Origin: Azolla caroliniana
Lineage: Eukaryota; Plantae; Polypodiophyta
Direction: 5' to 3'
Assembly: GCA_043228905.1 (NCBI GenBank)
Contig: JBHGNT010000052.1
Span: 1-64,000, forward strand
Length of the DNA: 64,000 nt
The notes under the pieces: model-generated
The model's input: only the letters and a program-made list of their open reading frames with translations
What the model was told of the DNA's origin: nothing
Databases searched by the model: none
Part shown: positions 36,407 to 46,400 of the stretch, piece by piece
Numbering within the stretch: position 1 is the first letter of the stretch
How the letters are laid out: every line of letters starts with the position of its first letter
Made by a program: the position numbers and the translations under genes

Positions 36407-37425
36407 AATATGTCGCGTTGTTACGCGCGCGCGTGTAGAAAGGCGGGACCACGGGGGTCTCGGACGAGGGAAGGAGGGAAGCCGAGAAGACGATTCCGGA
36501 GGTGCGTTCTGGAAGCAACTGGACGAGAGAGAGAGAAAGAGAGGGAGAAAGAGAGGGAGCGCGTGCTTGACACCGACTCACACCCACACACACACACCAC
36601 GCCGACCTAATTCACGCCCTTATGTACAAAACGGAGGTAAGAGAACACCAAAAGCACCCACACAAACACCGGACCCCAACAGAGACACGAATATCCATAG
36701 ATAGACGCAAATGTATATATTACAAGGGAAAAAATACATCCCCGGCTTCGAGCCGGGCCATGGTAGGTTACAACAGCCGTCTGCTACCAAGCCGCCCATC
36801 GGGGAGCTCACGAGCTTGTCGCGCCGAGCGGGGTCTTGCACAAGAGGCCGGGCAGAAGTAAACCTACAACAGGGAGAGATACCACCCTGGTCGTGAGCCG
36901 GGTATGCTCAGAAGAAGAGGAGTTAACCTAACAACTTTCCCACCATAGTTGCCGCTCGAGTACTCGTGAAGGAGAAGAAGAAGAAGAAGAAGAAAGAAGA
37001 AGAGACTAACCCTAACTACCGGTATACCCTCTAACACAAAAATGGGCAACCCCTTCACAAGAGGCGCTCCCTTCCCTTTATAGAACAAGGAGGGAGATGC
37101 GTTACAATGTGGGATAAATCACGACTTACATCGGATTCTCTGTCCCGACTTGTCTACTCTTCGGCGCCATAAAGGCGCCCTCGTTATTCACACTAAATGT
37201 ACAAGGGTGGCTGCATATGCTGCACCCCGTCGATGTAGCCAATATTTCCCAGTTTTCGTCGCTGGGCGAAATTCTTCACGACAACGTTCATAAGTTTCCC
37301 TTTCTGCCCGACATGGCTCAAGGGAACTTCATCGACATTCGCGATTGGATGTGGAGTGTTGTCTCCGGTTGCGACTACTCCTGGTTGCGTCGGTTTCTCA
37401 AGGTATGAGAACCAATCGTGGCACG

Positions 37426-39024
37426 TCATGTGGTTTGACGCGCCGTAGTCAACTTCGGGGTGATCTTCTTCATTGAGTTTGCTTTGTGTCTCATCACGAA
37501 GACTGACCCTTTTCCGGATTCTCCGGATCCTTCGGCGTAGTGCGATCGTTGCCGATTTCCTTTGTCAGTCTGTCCAGAACCTGTTCTGGACCCGGTTCTC
37601 TCCGAATCTGCGTGCTTTTTCCAGCACTCGCTCTCCCTGTGGCCTTTCTTGCCACAATACCAGCATTCCGCGACGGATTTCCCTTGCTGGTTCTTGTCGC
37701 CTCGACTCCCCCTGTTTCCGGAGGGTCTAGAATTGCTGTCGGCATCACTTCGGTGCCTCATCACGAAGACTAACCCTTTTCCGGATTCTCCGGATCCTTC
37801 GGCGTAGTGCGATCGTTGCCGATTTCCTTTGTCAGTCTGTCCAGAACCTGTTCTGGACCCGGTTCTCTCCGAATTTGCGTGCTTTTTCCAGCACTCGCTC
37901 TCCCTGTGGCCTTTCTTGCCACAATACCAGCATTCCGCGACGGATTTCCCTTGCTGGTTCTTGTCGCCTCGACTCCCCCTGTTTCCGGAGGGTCTAGAAT
38001 TGCTGTCGGCATCACTTCGGTGCCTCATCACGAAGACTAACCCTTTTCCGGATTCTCCAGATCCTTCGGCGTAGTGCGATCGTTGCCGATTTCCTTTGTC
38101 AGTCTGTCCAGAACCTGTTCCGGACCCGGTTCTCTCCGAATCTGCGCGCTTTTTCCAGCACTCGCTCTCCCTGTGGCCTTTCTTGCCACAATACCAGCAT
38201 TCCGCGACGGATTTCCCTTGCTGGTTCTTGTCGCCTCGACTCCCCCTGTTTCCGGAGGGTCTAGAATTGCTGTCGGCATCACTTCGGTGCCTTCTTCCTT
38301 GATCTCGTCGGCCCCCTCCATTGCGTACCGACTCGCCTCGTCTGCCACGACCACGGGGCCTATCTCCCTCCGTGTACAACATCTTGTTGTCGGCATGCGT
38401 GCTTGTCAACGCACCCGCGTGGTTCTCCTCTATAAGGAGCATCGATTGTAAGTCGAAAAATGATGGCGTATTCTCCCGTGTACACACAGCAGTTCGGAAA
38501 GCTCCGAACTTTGACGCCAAACCCCCGAGATAGACCTGGACTATCTCTCTTTCCTCGATGTTCACATCGATGGAAGCTATGGAGTCGCATATGTCCTTGA
38601 TCTTCGAGGTATAGTCAGCCACCGACAACTCGCGTTGTCGTAGGTTGCTCAACTCCTGTCGGAGCTGAAGCTTCCTGGCTGTGGTGCTCACGACAAAGAT
38701 CTTCTTCAGATTTTCCCACACACCCTTTGGTGTTTTTGCATCCCGAACGTAGCTTAATAGCTGTTCGCCCACACAAGATGCGAAACAGTACAACACTTTG
38801 CTCGCCAATTGTTCCCACGCTGGGAAGTCTTTGTGTGTTGAATCGGGTGTTGTGTCATTTGCTCCATCAACATAGCCCCAGTAACCATGCCCAAGAAGGT
38901 GCTGGTGCATCTTGTAGGACCAAGATGCGTAGTTGGTTTTGTCGAGCTTCTCCGTCGGAAGCGAGCTAGCCATTCCTGTCCATCGGTTTTTTTGTTCTTC
39001 TTCGTTGGTTTTTCCTTCAAGCAA
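37426..39024 (-). CDS. Copia Gag ORF (532 aa) with three tandem zinc-knuckle modules
   Basis: KLDKTNYASWSYKM...LLGHGYWGYVDG (copia gag N-terminus), UBN2-like region, CWYCGKKGHRESECW x3; frameshifted just before the protease motif (VDYGASNHMT). Confidence 0.85.
   Translation of the reverse strand: MLEGKTNEEEQKNRWTGMASSLPTEKLDKTNYASWSYKMHQHLLGHGYWGYVDGANDTTPDSTHKDFPAWEQLASKVLYCFASCVGEQLLSYVRDAKTPKGVWENLKKIFVVSTTARKLQLRQELSNLRQRELSVADYTSKIKDICDSIASIDVNIEEREIVQVYLGGLASKFGAFRTAVCTRENTPSFFDLQSMLLIEENHAGALTSTHADNKMLYTEGDRPRGRGRRGESVRNGGGRRDQGRRHRSDADSNSRPSGNRGSRGDKNQQGKSVAECWYCGKKGHRESECWKKRADSERTGSGTGSGQTDKGNRQRSHYAEGSGESGKGLVFVMRHRSDADSNSRPSGNRGSRGDKNQQGKSVAECWYCGKKGHRESECWKKHANSERTGSRTGSGQTDKGNRQRSHYAEGSGESGKGLVFVMRHRSDADSNSRPSGNRGSRGDKNQQGKSVAECWYCGKKGHRESECWKKHADSERTGSRTGSGQTDKGNRQRSHYAEGSGESGKGSVFVMRHKANSMKKITPKLTTARQTT
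37490..38292 (-). repeat. 267-bp (89-codon) tandem triplication inside copia gag
   Basis: ORF track offsets 37540, 37807, 38074; near-identical peptide RHRSDADSNSRPSGNRG...SGKG(L/S)VFVM repeated three times. Confidence 0.96.
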
Positions 39025-39065
39025 AGTCGACTGTAGAGGTTCTCAACCCTCGCGCTCTGATACCA

Positions 39066-39470
39066 TGAAAAGAAGGCGTGCGGAAGCAATATAGGAAACC
39101 GAACAACAGAAAACGCAGGTTTAATGGAAAGCTTAGGTTTGCACAGTACGTACGGGAGAGACAGAGACAGAGAGAGTAAACACTGAACTTAATTAAAAAA
39201 TAATACTCAATCTATACATCGTGTGTGTTCAATGAACACTTTTATACAAGTCCTTTTCGGACTGATAGAAGTACTGACAATACCTCAATGCTCATAAGGA
39301 GCCCCTACACTAACTCCCAAATATATTCCTTGCGGAATATCTTTCCGATGGCCTCCCGGTTTCTGCACCGATCCAGCCTTCCTACGCACCGGTCTGCATA
39401 CCGGTTTCCAACCGATCCGGTCCTCGGCTTGCTCAGCCGATCCAACCGATGTTGAGCTTGTCTCTCAACA
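39066..39470 (-). repeat. 5' LTR of nested copia
   Basis: Minus strand TGTTGAGAGAC...CTTTTCA immediately followed by the tRNA-Met PBS. Confidence 0.9.
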
Positions 39471-40620
39471 GGTGTATCGTGGGTAAGGATACGGCATGGT
39501 ATCGAAATTTGGATCTTCCGGTAAAACCGGAAAAGGGTTAGGGTTAGGGTGGGTGACCTCTAGAGGGCTTGGTGGAGAGGTTGGTGTGGAATCAACTCGC
39601 GACCGAGTAGCAGGTGGTGAGGATTGCAACCGGTGAGCCTCTGATATTTCTTGGAAAGACTGGTCCGTGACCGCCAAGTTGGAAGTTCCTTCGACTGGCT
39701 CAAGCCATTGGGCAGGTGGCCGAAACCGCTTGGTGAGATTGGGCGCCGTAATGGCGGCTGATGGTTGCCTTCAACGTAGTTCGCTGTGATCTCACAGCTG
39801 TAACTGGGTGTGCCAAATTGTGTTGTCCGTTTCTGGGGAAACACGTTTGATATGCCTACAGGCTATCGGTATCAAGGGAAGTGTAATGTGAAGCCTTGTA
39901 CACGGAGGCGTCATTAGGGGAAGAGAATGGAGAGCATACCCGGAATATAACCCGGGGTGTATATGTAGTTGAGATCATAGGAACGAAGGAACACAGATGA
40001 AAACAATAAGATCTAATAGATATATATTACTACAAATAGTTATCGATGATTACAAAAACACGGCTGACGGCCGGTGACCTTACAGAGCTCTTGTAACTAT
40101 GAAAACGACCTTGCCTATACTCTCGATCTCCCCCCCTGCCGAGGTACGCAGACCTCGGTTTATATACTTTTTCTTCATACAGAGCCGAGCCGTCAACTGA
40201 CTCTGAAGCTCGAAACTCAGCGTTTTCCTAAACTCTACCTTCCTCACCTACTAGCCTTACCTACCGGTGTATTACATTTAACTAATTTATCTTTTTGTCC
40301 CATGGACAACATTGAAAACTAAATTAGTCTTCTTCTCTTTCCTTTTGTTTTATGTTTAGATTTGGGCATGCTGCTTCCGACCAACTGCTTGATACAACTG
40401 GCTTTCTTGCATTATTGGTTGTGGTGAATAATACCGTCGGATATCCATATTGTAGATAAGTTAGTTTTCTTTCAAATTTATGCAATAGTTTGAGCTTATA
40501 CCTTTTACACACCTACTTTGTCTTACAAATGGCTATAGAAAAGTCATCAATCTTAAAAACTCCTCTAGGTTTTAAAGAAGCCAACTCAGCATCCTTGGCT
40601 AGGCCTAAAGAGTTTTTCCA

Positions 40621-41256
40621 TCTGGCTATAATCCTTTATTTTTCATCCATATCATTGCTCTTTTTAGTAATTTCCCAACTAATGTGAATCTGCTTTAACC
40701 TCTTTATGTAAATGCCTTTTCTCCTTATCATCACTGATTTGCTCGGCCTATAAGTAAATTTGGTCCTGGAACGTATTGCAACATGGAAGAGTGTTTAAAC
40801 AATCAATTGTGAAATTGAAAAAAGTGATTGTAACCGATCCATAATGTATATATCCATAGTCACAATGCAGGTGTAGAATACATGATGTTTGCATGTTTAT
40901 ACACAGCACAGAAAAACTCAAGTGAAGAATATTCATGTCTGGCTATAATCCTTTATTTTTCATCCATATCATTGCTCTTTTTAGTAATTTCCCAACTAAT
41001 GTGAATCTGCTTTAACCTCTTTATGTAAATGCCTTTTCTCCTTATCATCACTGATTTGCTCGGCCTACAAGTAAATTTGGTCCTGGACCGTATTGCAACA
41101 TGGAAGAGTGTTTAAACAATCAATTGTGAAATTGAAAAAAGTGATTGTAACCGATCCATAGAGTATATATCCCTAGTCACAATTCAGGTGTAGAATACAT
41201 GATGTTTGCATGTTTATACACAACACAGAAAAACACAAGTGAAGAATATTCATGTC
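40621..41256. repeat. 317-bp tandem duplication (2 copies)
   Basis: TCTGGCTATAATCCTTTATTTTTCATCC at 40621 and 40938; both copies end …GAAGAATATTCATGTC. Confidence 0.93.
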
Positions 41257-42244
41257 GAGCGTTGTAGTAGTTGAAAGTATTGCTGGTTAAAGCCATGAAA
41301 ATAGCAATTTTGTTACCATGGGAGAAGTATTAGTAGAAAAGCGTCTTGTAGCTAATTAAAAAATAAAGATTTCCTTGCAATAGCTTACCTTGGTCTTGTT
41401 GATAGATATGCTAATCATTCTAGTGGTACAATGGTGGGCATGATTGCCTCAAACAAAAGTAGTTATTGAGTTTGGATCTTGCCTCTTCTGTTATTCGCAT
41501 AATGTAATTCAAGGAAGAAGATTAGTGAAGAGAATAAGGAAGTTGCTTTGGCTTTACACAAGATTGAGAACATGTGTTTATGTACATATAGATCGAGGAG
41601 ATGTGCGTCATGAAAATTACACTTGGCAATGGAGAGGAATCTGAAACAAATGTATATGTGCATAGATTGGCAGGTAGTACATGATTTTGTTTTTCAAGAA
41701 ATGCACTTCCATGGATGGGAATATGGTTTGGAAAATGTCCATTGAGACATATTAGGAAAGAAAGCTGAGCTGCATTGAGTTTAAAATAGAGATGATTATT
41801 TGGATACAATTGTGTAGTAACAAGAGACACTTAGGTAAATTAGTAGCTATCATGTTTAAATAATGCCAATAAAGGTTGAAACCATTTAGAGGCAAGGTTA
41901 TATTTGAGAATAATGAGCAGTTAATTTGATGGGCAAAATAGATTGTGATAATATAGATAAGCTTCAACTAGTTTGGAGCGAACAATCTTGTTGGATTACC
42001 GCAAGCAAATGTATGGGTAAGCTTTCATCTTGGTAAAATTTTGAAGCTTGAGTGGGTAATCTTGTCGTATTACCATAAGCAAATGTATGGATTATACAAA
42101 TGTGAAGAGGTTATGTCTTAAGCTATTTCCAGTGTTCAATCCAAATACTCACCAAAAGAGTTATCACTTGCAAATATACAAGGAAACTCCAACCTTGGAC
42201 ATGGCTCTGAATAATATCAACTAGGGATAAAAAGAGAAGATAAA

Positions 42245-42428
42245 TTTAAAATGATATCCACTAGCATACCCAAAAATTGGAAACTTTTGTTTGTGAATTC
42301 ATGCTAAATAAGCAAAGATATTTACATTTCAATTGGTTTAAAATGATATCCACTAGTATACCCAAAAATTGAAAACTTTTGTTTGTGAATCCATGCTAAT
42401 AAGCAAAGATATTTACATTTCAATTGGT
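42245..42428. repeat. ~92-bp tandem duplication
   Basis: TTTAAAATGATATCCACTAG…GATATTTACATTTCAATTGG occurs twice. Confidence 0.85.
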
Positions 42429-43297
42429 GATGTTCATTACCCTATTAGTATTTGGATTGAAAGTGAGAACGAGCACAAAACAATGAGATTGTTGCACCAA
42501 GCATTGAGTTTGCAGTTTTGTATGTTTGTGGGATTCAAAATCCATCTTTAAATATCTATTTTAATTACAAGAATCCAACAATTTGAGGAGAACTAGCAAT
42601 TCAGTTTGGAGGCCTTGACCGTGTGAAGTTTTTAAGCTTAAAGAAAAAATGTAGAAAGATATTGGAAAGTGATGCATTATTAACGAGGCAATAAGTTGGT
42701 ACCTTATGACATATCACTCAAAAAACTAGAGGAAAGGAGCCTAGTAATTCTAATTAGCATTGAATGAAGGACTTCCATTGGGTGACACAAGATGGTCACA
42801 ATATCGATAAAAGTGTAATTGTATTTAGAGGATTCAATTTAATGGGAGCATTCATGTGCAACAAAACAAGGGCATGGATCTATATATAAGTAATTGAATG
42901 TGCATTATTTGTTGCAAAAAAGGACTTTCTACATTGATGTCTATGTTCAACTTAGCTAAAGAGATTTTCATCCTCTACATTTCCATTTAGAGTTGATATA
43001 TATATACTTCCAAAGAACCAACCATTTTCCTATAAGTGTTAGTGTCAACCAGAACTTCTTGGTAAATATTACAAACTTGTCTTAGTATTACAAGCAAACA
43101 CTCACAACAACCTACCATGCATATGCACTCACATTTAAATATTGGCCTCTATGCACATGCATTCACACTTAAATGCAAAAGAAATTACATCATATAGAAA
43201 CAACCATATACCTAGTATTGGGGTGTGTTGAGCTAGTAGTTCATTATGACAATCATAATGCATTAGCTCATTATGAGCTATGTAGTAGTATCATAAT

Positions 43298-43413
43298 GTT
43301 CAATATCATACATTTTTGTCATGACAATTATACATATCATATACATTATGTTCAATATCATACATTTTTGTCATGACAATCATACATAGCATATGCATTA
43401 TGTTCAGTATCAT
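43298..43413. repeat. ~52-bp tandem duplication
   Basis: GTTCAATATCATACATTTTTGTCATGACAAT…CATTAT twice, plus the start of a third copy. Confidence 0.8.
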
Positions 43414-43479
43414 CATCCACATACCTAAGTTAATGGTGCCATGTGCTAATTTGTTGTTAATGCATCATGTGTGACTTAC

Positions 43480-46400
43480 TGTTCAAACATGCGAATGGAA
43501 GGTAACAACGCTAGTTATGATATGGATTTGAAAACTCAGGATTTTGAACCTCAGGTTGCGAGACATGATAAAAAAAGCAAAGTGGAGGAGGTCGTAGACA
43601 AGAGGGCGTGAGTAAATGAAAATCTTCATACCTGGCTCGTGTGACATCGGATTTTTGTGTTCAAACATGCGAATCGAAGGTAACAACGCTAGTTATGATA
43701 TGGTATTGAAAACTCATGATTTTAAAACTTAGGTCGAGAGAAATGATGAAAAAAGCAAACTTGAGGAGGTCGTGGACAAGAATGCATGAGTAAATTAAAA
43801 TGTTCATACCTGGCTCGTGTAAAAACGGATTTTTTTGTTCAAACATGCGAATCGAAGGTAACAACGCTAGTTATGCTATGGAATTGAAAACCCATGATTC
43901 CTAAAATTAGGTCACGAGACATGATGAAAAAAGAAAAGTTGAGGAGGTCGTAGAAAAGAGGGCGTGAGTAAATGAAAATGTTCATATCTGGCTCGTGCGA
44001 TATCGGAGTTCTGTGTTCAAACATGCGTATCGAAGGTAACAACCCTAGTTATGATATGGAACTGAAAAATCACAATTTTGAAACTCAGGTAGAGAGACAT
44101 AAAGAAAAAAGCAAAGTTGAGGAGGTCGTAGACAAGAGCGCGTGAGTAAATGAAAATGTACATACCTGGCTCGTGTGATATCGGATTTTTGTGTTCAAGC
44201 ATGCGAATTGAAGCTAAGTACGCTCTCCACGATATCGAATTGAGAAGTCACAATTTTGAAACTCAGGTCGAGAGACATGAAGAAAAAAGCAAAGTTGATG
44301 AGGTCATACACAAGAGCACGTGAGTAAATGAAAATGTTCATACCTGGCTCGTGTGATATCGGATTTTTGTGTTCAAACATACGAATTGAAGCTAAGTACG
44401 CTAAGTAAGCTCATGATTTTGAAACTGAGGTAGAGAGACACGATCAAAAAAGCAAAGTTGAGGAGGTCTTAGACAAGAGCGTGTGAGTAAATTAAAATTT
44501 TCATACCTGCCTTGTGCAGTATCGGATTTTTGTGTTGAAATAGACGAATGATGAAAAAAGCAAAGTTGAGGATGTCGTAGAGAAGAGCGCGTGAGTAAAT
44601 TAAAATGTTCATACGTGGCTCGTGTAATATCGGATTTTTGTGTTCAAAAATGCAAATCGAAGGTAACAACCCGAATTATGATATGGAATTGAATCTCAGG
44701 TCGCGAGACATGATGAGAAAAGCAAAGTTAAGGCGGTCGTAGACAAGAGGGCGTGAGTAAATGAAAATGTTCATACCTGGATCGTGTGACATCGGATTTT
44801 TGTGTTGAAACATGCGAATCGAAGGTAATAACGCTAGTTATGATATGGATTTGAGAACTCATGATTTTGAAACTCAGGTCGAGAGACATGATGATAAAAG
44901 CAAACCATAGGAGGTCGTAGACGAGAGCGCGTGAGTAAATTAAAATGTTCATACCTGTCTCGTGTAATATCGGATTTTTGTGTTCAAACATGTGAATCAA
45001 AGGTAACAACACGAGTTATGATATGGAATTGAAAACTCATGATTTTGAAACTCCGGTCGTGAGACATGATGAAAAAAGGAAAGTTGAGGAGGTCGTAGAC
45101 AAGAGGACGTGAGTAAATGAAAATGTTCATATCTGGCTTGTGCGATATCCGAGTTCTCTGTTCAAACATGCGTATCGAATGTAATCACGCTAGTTATGAT
45201 ATAAAATTGAAAAATCAGGATTTTGAAGCTCAGGTCGAGAGACATGAAGAAAATAGCAAAGTTGAGGAGGTCGTAGACAAGAGGGCGTGAGTAAATGAAA
45301 ATTATCATATCTGGCACGAGCAATATCGGAATTCTATGTTCAAACATGTGAATAGAAGGTAACAGTGCTAGTTATGATATGGATTTGAAAACTCACGATT
45401 TCCAAACTCAAGTCGTGAGACATGATGAAAAAAGCAAAGTTGAGGAGGTCATAGACAAGACCGCGTGAGTAAATGAAAATGTTCATACCTGGCTTGTGTG
45501 ATATCGGATTTTTGTGTTCAAACATGCGAATTGAAGCTAAGTAGGCTATTTTTGTGTTCAAACATGCTAATTGAAGCTAAGTACGCTAAGTAAGCTTAGG
45601 TTGAGAGACATGAAGAAAAAATCAAAGTGGAGGAGGTCGAAGAGAAGAGCGCGTGAGTAAATGAAAATGTTCATACCTGGCTCACGCAATATCGGATTTA
45701 TGTGTTAAAACATGCGAATCGAAGGTAGAAATGGTAGTTATGATATGGATTTGAAAAATCATGATTTTGAAATTCAGGTTGAGAAATATGAAGAAAAAAA
45801 GCAAAGTTGACTAGTTCGTAGATAAGAGGGTGTGAGTAAATGAAAATGTTCATATCTGGCACGTGCTATATAGGGGTTCTGTGTTGAGACATGCGAATCG
45901 AAGGTAACCACGCTAGTTATGATATGGAATTCAAAAGAAAAGTTGAGGAGGTCGTAGAAAGGAGCGCGTGAGTAAATGAAAATGTTCATACCTGGCTCGT
46001 GTGATATCGGATTTTAGTGTTCAAACATGCGAATTGAAGCTAAGTACGCTAGGTAAACTTAGGTTGAGAGACATGAAGAAAAAATCAAAGTGGAGGAGGT
46101 CGTAGAGAAGAGCGCGTGAGTAAATGAAAATGTTCATACCTGGCTCACGCAATATCGGATTTATGTGTTAAAACATGCGTATCGAAGGTAAAAATGGTAG
46201 TTCTGATATGGATTTCAAAAATCATGATTTTGAAATGAAGGGTTGAGAAATATGAAGAGAAAAAGCAAAGTTGACTAGTTCGTAGACAAGACGGTGTGAG
46301 TAAATGAAAATGTTCATATCTGGCACGTGCTATATAGGGGTTCTGTGTTGAAACATGCGAATCGAAGGTAACCACACTAGTTATGATATGGAATTAAAAA

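Larger units (their letters stand above)
32343..37283 (-). mobile_element. Non-autonomous (gag-only) LTR retroelement nested in copia pol; gypsy-like Gag, tRNA-Trp PBS, 4-bp TSD
   Basis: Termini TGTCGCG...CACGACA; TSD ACGT (32339-32342 and 37284-37287), and removing the element restores copia KGKLMNVLHVPTITKNL; LTRs 36411-37283 and 32343-32922 (truncated); no pol domains recognisable internally. Confidence 0.88.
28429..39470 (-). mobile_element. Ty1/copia LTR retrotransposon nested in gypsy gag, decayed
   Basis: 5-bp TSD GGTGT (28424-28428 and 39471-39475); LTRs 39066-39470 and 28429-~28793; PBS TGGTATCAGAGC on the minus strand (39054-39065); gag 37426-39024; INT 30949-31965; RT 29631-30720; RH 28869-29618. 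Confidence 0.93.
20820..40311 (-). mobile_element. Degenerate Ty3/gypsy LTR retrotransposon (non-chromovirus, Athila/Tat-like organisation with an extra 3' ORF), interrupted by a nested copia at 28429-39470
   Basis: Gag reads through the nested insertion (…PYPRYT|DGPNAESHIRAFVSTWQANH); zinc knuckle CFKCNQPGHYATQC at ~27225-27267; then protease, RT, RH and INT. LTR-like 5' end at ~39914-40311 ends in …GGACAACA; no matching second LTR was found, so both outer boundaries are approximate. Confidence 0.82.

Noticed and set aside
39534-39550. GGGTTAGGGTTAGGG (TTAGGG-type telomere motif)
   Set aside because: Only about two units, and it encodes PNPNP in the gypsy gag frame.
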